Part shown: positions 48,078-58,192 of the stretch, piece by piece | How positions within the stretch are numbered: the stretch's first letter is position 1 | How the letters are laid out: the number at the start of each line of letters is the position of its first letter | Assembly (NCBI GenBank): GCA_051252135.1 | Contig: JBPOGH010000001.1 | Location: 128,001-192,000 of the forward strand | DNA length: 64,000 bases | From: Verrucomicrobiaceae bacterium | Lineage (GTDB): Bacteria > Verrucomicrobiota > Verrucomicrobiia > Verrucomicrobiales > Akkermansiaceae | Direction of reading: 5' to 3' | Translations under genes and position numbers: made by a program | Notes under the pieces: model-generated | What the model was told of the DNA's origin: nothing | Seen by the model: the letters and a program-made list of their open reading frames with translations, nothing else | Database searches by the model: none

Positions 48078-49393
48078 GGGTATCCGCCGGCCCGAGGGGC
48101 TAGGAGTCTCCAGAAGCGGCGGTCCTGATTGTCAGGAACGAGCAGGCGTTGTGTCGTAGGCGCTTCTGTGGTGAGGACGGTGAGATCTTCCCAAGATTGG
48201 GCTCTGAGATCGTCTGATCCCTGAAGGAGAAACTGCCCCTGGTAGCCACCCTTGAAGGCGAGCTGGAGAAAGCCGCTGGAATCACGTGCCAGGCTGAGTG
48301 CGGGGGCCAGCGGATTTTTGCTGGTTTTTATGGAGCGGATGATCCCTTCGTCGTTGCAGGTGATGATGAGGTCTCCGTTTGAGGCGAGATGAATTGATCG
48401 GGGTTCTGAGATTTGATCGATTGAGGGGTTTCTCGGGATTGGAGCAGGGTTGCGAATATTTCCGCTGCCTGAGCCTGAGAGAAGACGGTGGATGTTTCCG
48501 GAAAGGTCGACCCACCAGATGTCGCCTCCTTTTTGAGTGGCGAGAAAGTAGGAACCGTCGGGAAGGAAGGCGATGCCGCGAACCCGATCAAGATGTGCGT
48601 CGAGCGCTGCGGTTCCGTCGACTCCGGGGCCGTCTCCGGTGAATCCTGTGCCGGCGATGACGGTGGGGGTGGCGCCGGGGTTGCGGACGCGGTAGACGCG
48701 GTTGTCCCCGGCACTTGTGATTCCCACGCTTCGGTCCGGGGCGACATCGAGGTTGCCCAGCCCATTTTGACCGGCGGGAAGGCGGGTGAACTCAACCAAG
48801 CCGTCCTGGCTGGTGTAGCGCATGACTTTTTGAAGACCTCCCCCGATGTATTCACCGCAGAAGTAGATCGTTTTTTCATCCTCGCTTACCCATAATCCAC
48901 GCCCCGCACCGAATCCGGCGGGGTAGTGAATCACGGTGGCGCAGATTCCCGACTGATCGACCTTTCGGATTTTCTGATTTCCGGTATCGAGAATGTAGAC
49001 CGTGCCGTGAGCCAGGACGTGAAGGCCATTGGGGTTGTTGAGGGCGACGGTAAGCGGGTTGGCTGGGGAATCAGTTCCGTTTCCTTCGGTATGGGTGCCT
49101 GCGACGGTATGAATGGCTGCGCCATCAGGGTCGACTCTCAGGATGCTGTGAGATTCCTTGTCGACGATGTAGACGTTTCCCCAAAAGTCGGTTCCGGCGT
49201 CATGGGGGTTTGAGAGTTCTACGGAAAGGGGAGAGGCTCCTTCGTAGGTGGGGATCCAAAAATTGGGGTCGGCGACATTGCCGTTCTCGAGATCCCCTTT
49301 TCCGGCGATGGTGAGGAGCGTGGGAAAATGATCGAGAAGCCCTTCTGCTGAAGCGGAGAGAGAAAAAATGGCGAAGAGGAGAGATTTCCGCAT
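48074..49393 (-). CDS. Secreted NHL-repeat beta-propeller protein with C-terminal SxDL..W..RFWRL domain
   Basis: Signal peptide; NHL repeats LSNPHD...GNVYIVD and LNNPNGL...YILDTGNQKIRKV. Confidence 0.85.
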   Translation of the reverse strand: MRKSLLFAIFSLSASAEGLLDHFPTLLTIAGKGDLENGNVADPNFWIPTYEGASPLSVELSNPHDAGTDFWGNVYIVDKESHSILRVDPDGAAIHTVAGTHTEGNGTDSPANPLTVALNNPNGLHVLAHGTVYILDTGNQKIRKVDQSGICATVIHYPAGFGAGRGLWVSEDEKTIYFCGEYIGGGLQKVMRYTSQDGLVEFTRLPAGQNGLGNLDVAPDRSVGITSAGDNRVYRVRNPGATPTVIAGTGFTGDGPGVDGTAALDAHLDRVRGIAFLPDGSYFLATQKGGDIWWVDLSGNIHRLLSGSGSGNIRNPAPIPRNPSIDQISEPRSIHLASNGDLIITCNDEGIIRSIKTSKNPLAPALSLARDSSGFLQLAFKGGYQGQFLLQGSDDLRAQSWEDLTVLTTEAPTTQRLLVPDNQDRRFWRLLAPRAGGYP

Positions 49394-49405
49394 GGGGAAA
49401 ACGGG

Positions 49406-49885
49406 TTACTCGGCGAGCACGGTAAGGCCATGGATGCGCCAGCCGTCGTCATTGATAAAGTGAAGCTCAAGGGAACCGGAACGGTCTTCTTTCCAGTTGG
49501 GGCCCATGGCGATGCGGAAGTCGGCGCTGACTAGAGCGCTTGCCGAGTCGCCGTCGATGACAATCGAGCGATCCATTTCGGTAATTTTGAAATAGGTGAT
49601 CCATTGATGGAATTCATCGAGTTTTTGGGTGAGGTCTCTTCGGGAGTAATCACCGGATTCGACGGGCGCAGGCACGGCAACGGCAACGTTTTGAGTGAAA
49701 AGTTCCGCGAAAGCGGAGTGACGCTTGTCCCGGTTGTCGAGGGAGAGTTTTTCGAATTCAACGGTTTCGACAAAGAGGTCGATCCGGCTGTTGATTTGCT
49801 GTTCGGCCTGTCCTCGCCACCAGAAGTAAGCCGCAGCAACGATAGCAATGGAGATTCCGAGGATGAGAGAAAAGCGCTGGGACAT
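49406..49885 (-). CDS. Hypothetical membrane-anchored protein (possible NTF2-like fold)
   Basis: N-terminal TM; IDGDSA.A...L.F...D.GWRI pattern. Confidence 0.65.
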   Translation of the reverse strand: MSQRFSLILGISIAIVAAAYFWWRGQAEQQINSRIDLFVETVEFEKLSLDNRDKRHSAFAELFTQNVAVAVPAPVESGDYSRRDLTQKLDEFHQWITYFKITEMDRSIVIDGDSASALVSADFRIAMGPNWKEDRSGSLELHFINDDGWRIHGLTVLAE

Positions 49886-51046
49886 TTATCGATTGGGTGC
49901 GAGTTGGAGGGTGAACCCTTTAAGATACTCCGTTTCCGGAAGGGTGGCAATGATGGGATGATCAAGGCGCTGGGTGTGCGAATCGATCAGGCGGAGGGTG
50001 CGCTTCCCATCGACGGCCGCACTTTGGACGCTGCCAAGGAAGAGCTCCCGGCTGGCGTGGTGAGAGCAGCAGAAGGTGGCGAGGATGCCGCTGGGATTGA
50101 GAAGGCCAAGCGCGCGAAGCTGGATCTCCTTGTAGCCCCGCATGGCATCATTGACCGACTTTTTATTACGGGTGAAGGATGGAGGGTCGAGGATGATGAG
50201 GTCGTATTTTTCCTCATGCTTACGGAGGAAATCAAAGGCGTTGGAGGTGACTGTTTCGATTTCAACGCCGGAAAGTTCCGCATTACGGGCGGTGGCAGCC
50301 GTGGCATCTGCGGAAATGTCGACGGCAAGGACGGATTCGGCGCCGGCTTTGGCGCAGGCGAGAGCAAATCCCCCCTGGTTGCAGAAAACATCGAGGACTT
50401 TCTTGCCCCGGGCATGCTTTGCGACTCGGGCGTAGGAATCCATGATATCGAGATAGAGCCCGGTTTTTTGTCCGTTGGCCGGATCGATTTCAAAGGTGGA
50501 ACCCCCGTGCTCCACGGTGAAAGGAGCTGGCTGTTCTCCGTGCATCATTCGGATTTCGGGTTCGAGGCCTTCCGCTTTCCGCATTGAGGAGTCGTTCCTT
50601 AAAGTTACGGAGGTTGGTGAGAGGAGTTCCACAATGGCGGTCACGATCAGATCCTTTCGTTGATCCATTGCGAGAGTAGTCGTCTGGAGGACGAGGTGGT
50701 CGCCGTAGCGATCCAGAATGATTCCCGGGAGTCCGTCGGACTCGCTCCAGACGAGGCGGCAGAGGGAGAATTCGGTGTCGAGTGATTCCCGGTAGGCGAT
50801 GGCCTGTCCGATGCGACGGGTGAAAAATTCCAAATCGAGTTTTTGGGTGCGCCTTGAGAAGCGACGGGCCACGATCTGGGAATCGGGGTTGTAAATGGCT
50901 GATCCCAGGGGGCGGTCCTTGAAATCCTTGAGACTAATGACGTCTCCAGGCTCCGGATTTCCGAAGGTTTTCTGGATTTCAGAGGCGTAAACCCAGTCGT
51001 GGCCGTGGAAGACGCGGGAGCGGGGCTTGATGATGAGACCTGGCAT
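49886..51046 (-). CDS. Class I SAM-dependent rRNA methyltransferase (RlmI-like)
   Basis: PUA domain GHDWVY, ESDGLPG, GQKTG.YLD, LDVFCNQGGF and LDPPSF. Confidence 0.92.
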   Translation of the reverse strand: MPGLIIKPRSRVFHGHDWVYASEIQKTFGNPEPGDVISLKDFKDRPLGSAIYNPDSQIVARRFSRRTQKLDLEFFTRRIGQAIAYRESLDTEFSLCRLVWSESDGLPGIILDRYGDHLVLQTTTLAMDQRKDLIVTAIVELLSPTSVTLRNDSSMRKAEGLEPEIRMMHGEQPAPFTVEHGGSTFEIDPANGQKTGLYLDIMDSYARVAKHARGKKVLDVFCNQGGFALACAKAGAESVLAVDISADATAATARNAELSGVEIETVTSNAFDFLRKHEEKYDLIILDPPSFTRNKKSVNDAMRGYKEIQLRALGLLNPSGILATFCCSHHASRELFLGSVQSAAVDGKRTLRLIDSHTQRLDHPIIATLPETEYLKGFTLQLAPNR

Positions 51047-51149
51047 GGGCAGAGAGAAGAGTAGCCGGGCGCTAAGATCAAGCCTATGGAAGGGAACCTT
51101 TTCACTTGATCAACTGCCAATACGGCACTAAGCCCTCCTCACCAAATCT

Positions 51150-51443
51150 ATGGGCCAGCAAACAAAAACCAAAGTCAAGCGCCGTCGCAGGAAGGATTAC
51201 CTCAAGCGGAAGAAGAATCAGGCGCGCACCAGCGCTGCCGTGAAGAAGTCCGCCCCCAAGGCTGAGAAGGCTCCTGCCAAGAAGGCCGCCAAGAAAGCAA
51301 CCAAGAAGGCTGCTGCCAAGAAAGCGACCAAAAAGGCTGCCAAGAAGGCGACCAAAAAGGCCGCTGCCAAGAAGGCCGCTGCTCCAGCGAAGAAAGCAGA
51401 TGCTCCGGCAGCAGATGCCGATGCTCCTGCAGAGGAGAAGTAG
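51150..51443 (+). CDS. Small very basic protein with histone H1-like KKAAKK tail
   Basis: 97 aa; Arg/Lys-rich N-terminus; AKKA repeats; followed by its own terminator. Confidence 0.85.
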   Translation: MGQQTKTKVKRRRRKDYLKRKKNQARTSAAVKKSAPKAEKAPAKKAAKKATKKAAAKKATKKAAKKATKKAAAKKAAAPAKKADAPAADADAPAEEK

Positions 51444-51468
51444 AGTCAGGCTATTCGATCTTAATTTC

Positions 51469-51507
51469 AAAACCCACTCTGCTTCGGCCGGGTGGGTTTT
51501 CTTTTTT
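51469..51507 (+). terminator. Intrinsic terminator
   Basis: AAAACCCAC...GTGGGTTTT stem with CTTCGG loop and T-run. Confidence 0.85.
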
Positions 51508-51540
51508 GTCCGATCGGTCATTCACCTGTATTGTCTTCCA

Positions 51541-51846
51541 ATGAGTTCACAACCCAGTCTCGTTACGTTATCTTTGGCGATTGCGCAGGTGACGCTTCGG
51601 GAGCGGGCACGGCGGCGGAAGTTGATTGCCGGGGTGTTGATGGCGATTCTGGCGGTGTTTGTGGTGGGAAACTGGCCATTGGCGGATTTTTTGGGGGCGT
51701 CGATTTGGTTGATGTTGATTTGGTGGGGAGGCTGCGTCTTTTTGTGCTTCTTTTTGGCGTTGCTGGCGCTCTATGACGCATTGTCAGTGGTGAGGGAAGA
51801 GCGTGAGAAAATGGGGGTGGGGAAGGTTGAATTGCCCGAGGAGTGA
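51541..51846 (+). CDS. Small two-TM membrane protein
   Basis: Basic patch RERARRRK followed by two hydrophobic helices. Confidence 0.7.
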   Translation: MSSQPSLVTLSLAIAQVTLRERARRRKLIAGVLMAILAVFVVGNWPLADFLGASIWLMLIWWGGCVFLCFFLALLALYDALSVVREEREKMGVGKVELPEE

Positions 51847-51889
51847 TTTGCGACTTGCGAGTCTTGTGGGGGCAAGCCATCCATCAGTC

Positions 51890-53224
51890 ATGACACCTGA
51901 GCTTGAGCGACTTTTTGAGCATCTGCGCTTCCCGAGCATTTCGACAGATTCGACCCACGCAGGAGATGTGCGGGCGAATGCGGAGTGGCTGAAGGGGCAG
52001 TTTGAGGAGATGGGGCTGGCGACGGAGCTTCATGAGACGGCGAAGCATCCAATTGTGGTGGCGCGGAATGAGCACGTTGCGGGGAGACGGACGGTGCTGG
52101 TATACGGTCACTACGATGTGCAGCCGGTGGATCCGGTTGAACTTTGGGACTCGCCTCCTTTTGAGCCGGAGATCAGGGACGGGAAGATTTGGGGTCGGGG
52201 TGGTGCGGATAACAAGGGACAGCATTTTGTGCATCTATTGGGGGCGGAGCGGACGATCAGAGATGATGGTGGCCTGCCGTTGAATGTGATTTTTTTGATT
52301 GAGGGAGAAGAGGAGATCGGGTCGCCGAATTTGGTGCCATTTCTTGAGAAACATAAAGACGACCTGGCTTGCGATATTATTGCGGTGTCCGATACGGGGA
52401 TGGTGGCTCCGGGAGTGCCTACGCTGGGTTACGGTTTGAGGGGGATTACCTGCCTGGAGGTGAAGGTGAAGGGCCCATCGGGTGATTTGCACTCGGGGGT
52501 TTATGGTGGATGTGTGGCCAATCCGGCATCGGCGGCGGCGCGGATGGTGGCGAGCCTTCATGAGAATGACGGGAAGGTTGCGGTGGCGGGATTTTACGAT
52601 GAGGTCATTCCGCTGGAGGAGTGGGAAAGGAAGATGTGGGCGCAGGTTCCCGGGGCGACAGATGCCGACTTTTTGGCAGTGACGGGATCGCCAGAGGCAT
52701 TTGGCGAGCCGGGTTACACGATGGCAGAGCGACTTTGGGCGCGTCCGACGATCGAGGTGAACGGTTTTGGTTCGGGCTATCAGGGTGAGGGATCGAAGAC
52801 GGTGCTTCCTGCGGAGGCGATGTTTAAGCTCTCGTGTCGTCTGGTGCCGGGGCAGTGCCCGGACAAGGTGCAGGAGCAGGTGATTGCCCATCTGAAGCAA
52901 CACACTCCGAAGGGGGTGAGGGTGGAAATTGAGAAGGGTCACTCGGGGAAGGCTTATCATAACGATCCGCACTCGATCTTTGGGAAGGCGGCGCAGCGGG
53001 CGTTGAAGGAGAGTTTTGGGAAAGAGCCGGTTTTGATCAGGGAGGGTGGAAGCATCCCGATCATTCAGGATATGAAGGAGATTTTGGGAGCGGATTCGCT
53101 CATGTTGGGACTGGCGTTGCCTGACTGCCAAATTCACGCGCCGAATGAAAACTTCTCGGTTGAGAACTTCGAGAAGGGTATTGAAATGAGCCGCGCGTTG
53201 TTGCGCGAACTAGCAAACTCATGA
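51890..53224 (+). CDS. M20 family dipeptidase
   Basis: YGHYDVQP, RGGADNKG, EGEEEIGS, DLHSG and HAPNE. Confidence 0.93.
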   Translation: MTPELERLFEHLRFPSISTDSTHAGDVRANAEWLKGQFEEMGLATELHETAKHPIVVARNEHVAGRRTVLVYGHYDVQPVDPVELWDSPPFEPEIRDGKIWGRGGADNKGQHFVHLLGAERTIRDDGGLPLNVIFLIEGEEEIGSPNLVPFLEKHKDDLACDIIAVSDTGMVAPGVPTLGYGLRGITCLEVKVKGPSGDLHSGVYGGCVANPASAAARMVASLHENDGKVAVAGFYDEVIPLEEWERKMWAQVPGATDADFLAVTGSPEAFGEPGYTMAERLWARPTIEVNGFGSGYQGEGSKTVLPAEAMFKLSCRLVPGQCPDKVQEQVIAHLKQHTPKGVRVEIEKGHSGKAYHNDPHSIFGKAAQRALKESFGKEPVLIREGGSIPIIQDMKEILGADSLMLGLALPDCQIHAPNENFSVENFEKGIEMSRALLRELANS

Positions 53225-54891
53225 GTGAGGAGAAAAAAGACTTTATCCGCGCGATCATCGCGGGCGATTTGGAAAGAGGGAAGCATACGGCACCGATTAC
53301 GCGGTTTCCGCCGGAGCCGAATGGTTATCTGCATATTGGGCACGCCAAGGCAATTGGGGTGAGCTTTGGTATCGCTGAGGAATATGCGGAGATTGGCGGG
53401 CGGTGCCATTTGAGATTCGATGATACGAATCCGGTGAAGGAGGACACGGAGTACGTGGAGTCGATCAAGAAGGATATCGCGTGGCTCGGATACGACTGGG
53501 GCGAGCATCTCTATTTTGCGAGTGACTACTTTGAGTATTTTTACGAGTGCGCGGTGGCTTTGATTGGGAAGGGGCTGGCATATGTCGATACGCAGACTCC
53601 GGAGGAAATTCGGGAGCAGCGCGGGACGGTAACGGTGCCCGGGAAGGAGTCGCCTCATCGATCGCGATCGGTTGAGGAGAATCTGGAGCTTTTTAAGAAG
53701 ATGCGCGACGGGGGATTCAAGGATGGTGGCGCCGTGTTGAGGGCCTCGATCGATATGGCATCGGGGAATATGAACATGCGGGACCCGGTTCTTTATCGGG
53801 TGCTTCATGCGACGCATCACAAGACGGGCGATGCCTGGTGCATTTATCCGATGTATGACTTTGCCCATCCACTCGAGGATGCGAAGGAGCACATCACGCA
53901 TTCTCTCTGTTCGCTGGAGTTTGAGAACCATCGGCCTCTTTACGACTGGGTGGTGTATCACTGTCCGACGGATTCGAAGCCCCGGCAGATTGAATTTGCG
54001 CGGTTAAACATCGGCTACACCGTGATGAGTAAGCGGAAGTTTATCCAGCTGGTGGAAGAAGGGCATGTATCGGGTTGGGATGATCCGAGGATGTCGACGT
54101 TGAGCGGAATGAGAAGGCGTGGGTATCCGCCGGAGGCGATTCGCCTCTTTGTGAAGCGGGTGGGGCTGACGAAGCAGAATTCTCTGACCGATCTTTCGCT
54201 GCTGGAGTTTGAGATTAGGGACTACCTGAACAAGGTTGCCTTGCGGAAGATGGCGGTGCTTGATCCGGTGAAGGTCGTCGTTACGAACTACCCGGAGGAT
54301 GGAGGCGAACTGGTAACCATCCCCAATAATCCCGAGAATGAGGAGGACGGTGAGCGGGAGTTGAGTTTTGGCCGGGAAATCTGGATCGAGCGGGATGACT
54401 TTCTGATTGATGCGCCCAAGAAATTCTTCCGATTGAAGCCGGGTGGAGCGGTGCGTTTGCGTGGCGCTTACATCATTCAACATCAGGGCCATGTAGTGGA
54501 TGCCGACGGGAAGGTGACCGAGATTCACTGTGAGTTCATTCCTGATACGATCGGGCAGCCTGCTCCGGAAGGAGTGCAGTGCCGAACGGCAATTCATTGG
54601 GTTCCGGTGAAGGAAGCTGTGGATGCCGAAGTGCGCTTGTATGACCGACTTTTCTCGGAGGAGGTGCCGGATAGTGCCGAGGGAGGTTTCCTTGCGGCGC
54701 TCAATCCTGAGAGCCTGGTGGTGCTTCAGGGGGCGAAGGTTGAGCCGGGTCTTGCGTCGATGGAGCCTGGCGAGCGTTGCCAGTTCGAACGCCTTGGGTA
54801 TTTCTGCGCGGACAGCGAGGATCATGATCCTGCGAAGCCCGTGTTTAATCGAATCGTGACTCTGCGGGATTCGTGGGGGAAAAAGCATTAA
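53221..54891 (+). CDS. glnS: Glutamine--tRNA ligase
   Basis: RFPPEPNGYLHIGH, MSKR, GWDDPRM and QFERLGYF. Confidence 0.97.
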   Translation: MSEEKKDFIRAIIAGDLERGKHTAPITRFPPEPNGYLHIGHAKAIGVSFGIAEEYAEIGGRCHLRFDDTNPVKEDTEYVESIKKDIAWLGYDWGEHLYFASDYFEYFYECAVALIGKGLAYVDTQTPEEIREQRGTVTVPGKESPHRSRSVEENLELFKKMRDGGFKDGGAVLRASIDMASGNMNMRDPVLYRVLHATHHKTGDAWCIYPMYDFAHPLEDAKEHITHSLCSLEFENHRPLYDWVVYHCPTDSKPRQIEFARLNIGYTVMSKRKFIQLVEEGHVSGWDDPRMSTLSGMRRRGYPPEAIRLFVKRVGLTKQNSLTDLSLLEFEIRDYLNKVALRKMAVLDPVKVVVTNYPEDGGELVTIPNNPENEEDGERELSFGREIWIERDDFLIDAPKKFFRLKPGGAVRLRGAYIIQHQGHVVDADGKVTEIHCEFIPDTIGQPAPEGVQCRTAIHWVPVKEAVDAEVRLYDRLFSEEVPDSAEGGFLAALNPESLVVLQGAKVEPGLASMEPGERCQFERLGYFCADSEDHDPAKPVFNRIVTLRDSWGKKH

Positions 54892-54895
54892 TTTT

Positions 54896-56113
54896 GTGAG
54901 TCAGCGAGCATCGTGGATAGGACACCGGTACTGGGTAGCGGTGGTCTTTTTTTTGCTCGCAGGGGCACCGGGTTTTTGGTTTCCGGCCCTGAGTAATGTG
55001 CTGGATAGTTACGGTCTGGGTGAGTGGACCGAGGTGGCATTTTTACTCCCCAGTGTGATGGGGATGGTGACGCCAATGATCCTTGGGGCCCAGGTGGATC
55101 AGAGATTTCAGGCCCAGAAGGTTTTGGGGATTGTGATGATCAGCGGTGCGGTCTTTTTGTTTCTGGCGTTCTATGCGATTGAGAAAGGGTGGGGAGGAGG
55201 ATGGTTCATCACCTTCTTTGCGATCAACGCCTTCATCAGTGCTCCGGCGTGGTCCTTGCTGATAACGATTGCCTTGGCCGGGCTTGATGATCCGAAGAAA
55301 ACCTTTGGGCTTTATCGGGTCTGGGGGACTTTGGGTTGGATGATTGCGGGAGGGATCGTGAGTTTTGCAGAGATCGATTTTTCTCCGGCGACGGGCCAGA
55401 TTGCGTCGGGGCTACGGGTGGTGGCCGGGGTTTGTTGTTTCTTGATGCCGGTGGTGATTCCAAAGGGAGCGGCGAAATCGCTGGGCGATGCGCTGGGGTT
55501 TGGAGCGGTGAAGATTCTGAGAGATCGGGATCAATTGGTCTACTTTGTGACGGCCTTCATTTTTCATATTCCATTGGCTTCGCTTTATATCCATACGCCG
55601 ATGATGCTCCGCGAGATGGGGGTGACGGCGGTGAGCGGGACGATGGCGGTTGCGCAAGTGGTGGAAACATTTGCGATGCTGAGTATGGGCTTCGTAATTG
55701 CCCGGTTTCGGGTGAAGTGGATTTTGTTTGTGGCGATCTTTTTCGGCTTGGCCCGTTATGCCCTTTGCGGGGTGGGGGATCACTTTGGTCAAATTGGCTG
55801 GGTGATTTTAGGGGTGATGCTGCATGGGATTTCGTGGACCTTTTTCGTGGAGGCCGGACGGGTGTTTATTGATCGGCGGGTGGAGCCGGGAATGCGTGGT
55901 CAGGCCCAGGCCCTCATGAGCTTTGTGAGCTCAGGTCTGGGCGGGGTGCTTGGAGTGCTCGTGGTGAAATATCTTCACTCGACTCTGGTGGACGCCCCGG
56001 GAGCCCCGGGCTGGGTGGCCTACTGGAACGCGTTGACCCTGATGTGCCTGGTCGCCTTGGGGCTTTTCGGTTTTGGGTATCGAGGTCTCAAAGGTCGGCC
56101 AGAAGACGAGTGA
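54896..56113 (+). CDS. MFS transporter (nucleoside:H+ symporter-like)
   Basis: About 12 TM helices; RVWGTLGW motif. Confidence 0.87.
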   Translation: MSQRASWIGHRYWVAVVFFLLAGAPGFWFPALSNVLDSYGLGEWTEVAFLLPSVMGMVTPMILGAQVDQRFQAQKVLGIVMISGAVFLFLAFYAIEKGWGGGWFITFFAINAFISAPAWSLLITIALAGLDDPKKTFGLYRVWGTLGWMIAGGIVSFAEIDFSPATGQIASGLRVVAGVCCFLMPVVIPKGAAKSLGDALGFGAVKILRDRDQLVYFVTAFIFHIPLASLYIHTPMMLREMGVTAVSGTMAVAQVVETFAMLSMGFVIARFRVKWILFVAIFFGLARYALCGVGDHFGQIGWVILGVMLHGISWTFFVEAGRVFIDRRVEPGMRGQAQALMSFVSSGLGGVLGVLVVKYLHSTLVDAPGAPGWVAYWNALTLMCLVALGLFGFGYRGLKGRPEDE

Positions 56114-57206
56114 ACCAATCGGCTCCGGCTTCGAGGTCGGCGATCGAGATGAACTCGTCCGCGGTATGGGCCTGGTCAATGGAACCCGGGCCAATGCAGA
56201 TGGAGGGGAGACCGGCAGCCGAGAGGTGCGCGGCATCAGAGAACCAAGGAGCTCCGGAGAGCTTGAGTTGCGGGTGAATTGTAGCGAGCCGTTGAAGCCA
56301 AGGATGATTCGGGACCATGTCCATGGGTGGGAATTCGGAGGCATCGGCAAGGGTGACACCCGATCCTTCGAGAAAGTCAGCAAGGTGCTGAGTGGCTGTT
56401 TTTTCGACAAGCATCTCCGGGACGGTGCGGAAATCCAAGGTGGCGGAGGCTGAGTCGGGAACGATATTGGTCCGGCTGCCACCTTGGATAGTGCCGATAT
56501 TGACCGTGCCGCCTCCGAGAATGGGGTGAGTGAATTCAGCAAGCCGGGGGGCGAACTCTTGCATGAGGCGGTGAAGCGTGCCGGTGAGGGCGAGAATGGC
56601 ATTTTCACCGAGATGTGGTTGGGAGGCGTGAGTGGCTTGGCCTTTGGATTCGAGGGTGGCCCACAGACAGCCCTTGGTGCAGTAGACGGCCTCCAATGAT
56701 GTGGGTTCGCCGATGATGGCGAACTCGTAGTCCGACGCGTGATTTTTCGCAAAATGGCGGGATCCCGGTTGGCTGGATTCCTCGCCCATGAAGCCGACAA
56801 AATCGATCCCAATATCCATGTCCGCGAGGCGGTGTGCGTTCTGTTTGATCCCCCAAAGCATGGCCGCCATTGGGCCCTTGGTGTCAGAAGCGCCCCGGCC
56901 CCATATTTTTCCTTCGCGAATTTCGGCGGCGAATGGGTCGATGGTCATGCCAGTGATACTCACGGTATCGAGATGCGGTCCAAGGAGAATGCGGGGCCGG
57001 GAGTCGCTACCCGGTGCACGGGCAATCAAGTTGGGACGGCCTGATTCTATTTCTTCCAATTCACACTGGTAACCAAGGGGTTTCAGGTAATCGGCGAGGA
57101 AATCAGCCATTGCGGCTTCTCCTCCCGGGGAGCTGCCGGGGTCACCATCGGGGTTGACCGAAGGGATCCGGATCAAGGATTGGAGCAACTCGACGACCGA
57201 TTTCAT
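56088..57206 (-). CDS. M20 metallopeptidase (ArgE/DapE-like)
   Basis: HLDTV, GRGASDTKG, GEE, GEPT and AHTADE. Confidence 0.92.
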   Translation of the reverse strand: MKSVVELLQSLIRIPSVNPDGDPGSSPGGEAAMADFLADYLKPLGYQCELEEIESGRPNLIARAPGSDSRPRILLGPHLDTVSITGMTIDPFAAEIREGKIWGRGASDTKGPMAAMLWGIKQNAHRLADMDIGIDFVGFMGEESSQPGSRHFAKNHASDYEFAIIGEPTSLEAVYCTKGCLWATLESKGQATHASQPHLGENAILALTGTLHRLMQEFAPRLAEFTHPILGGGTVNIGTIQGGSRTNIVPDSASATLDFRTVPEMLVEKTATQHLADFLEGSGVTLADASEFPPMDMVPNHPWLQRLATIHPQLKLSGAPWFSDAAHLSAAGLPSICIGPGSIDQAHTADEFISIADLEAGADWFTRLLADL

Positions 57207-57286
57207 GAAAGAGAAATAGCGTGAATTGCGTTGTAAGGAATCTTTTAGTCTTGGCAACTTAAGCTAGGGCAGTTCACATCTGACTT

Positions 57287-58192
57287 ATGAAAAACCGCAT
57301 CACACTCGGATTTACAATTCTGGCTCTTCTCAGCTTTGCCTGGATGAGTTTCGCCAAGACGGAAACCCCTTCTGACCAGGGGAAACTGAAGGTTCTTATT
57401 CTGGATGGGCAAAATAACCACAATTGGCAATCGACGACTCCGGTCATGAAGCATGCTTTTGAATCGAGCGGGCGATTCACAGTCGACGTATCAACGAGCC
57501 CAGGGAAAAAGGGCAGCGAGGCGGAATGGGCCAAGTGGAGACCGGAATTTGCAAAATATGATGTGGTTGTTTCGAACTACAACGGGCAAATGTGGCCCGG
57601 TGAAGTACGCGACGGGTTTGTGAAGTATGTTAAAAATGGCGGCGGGTTCGTTGTCGTCCATGCCGCTGACAATGCGTTTGGTCTCTGGCCTGAATATAAT
57701 GAGATGATTGGTCTGGGTGGCTGGGGAGGGCGGAATGAGAAATCTGGGCCTTACGTCTATTTTAAGGGGGACGATCTGGTCCGTGACGAATCGAAAGGTA
57801 AGGGAGGAAATCACGGGCCACAGCATGAGTTTGTGGTGACGAATCGGGCTGCGGATCACCCTGTGACCAAGGGGATGCCTGAGAAATGGCTTCACACAAA
57901 AGATGAGCTCTACGACATGCTCCGCGGGCCTGCGAAGAATATGACGATTCTGGCGACGGCTCCCAGTGAGAAGACCAAGCGTGATGAGCCGATGCTGATG
58001 GCGCTTGATTACAATCAGGGACGCGTTTTTCACACGACGTTGGGTCATGCGGACTATTCGATGCTTTGCAAGGGATTCTATACCACTCTTCAGCGTGGAG
58101 CGGAATGGGCCGCTGGCGAGGAAGTGACCGTGGCGTGGCCCAAGGATTTCCCTTCGGAAGATAAAATCTCTCCGGTTGAACTTCCCGAGTAG
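57287..58192 (+). CDS. Secreted ThuA-domain protein
   Basis: Signal peptide; [20 protein letters not shown] and [10 protein letters not shown]. Confidence 0.9.
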   Translation: MKNRITLGFTILALLSFAWMSFAKTETPSDQGKLKVLILDGQNNHNWQSTTPVMKHAFESSGRFTVDVSTSPGKKGSEAEWAKWRPEFAKYDVVVSNYNGQMWPGEVRDGFVKYVKNGGGFVVVHAADNAFGLWPEYNEMIGLGGWGGRNEKSGPYVYFKGDDLVRDESKGKGGNHGPQHEFVVTNRAADHPVTKGMPEKWLHTKDELYDMLRGPAKNMTILATAPSEKTKRDEPMLMALDYNQGRVFHTTLGHADYSMLCKGFYTTLQRGAEWAAGEEVTVAWPKDFPSEDKISPVELPE

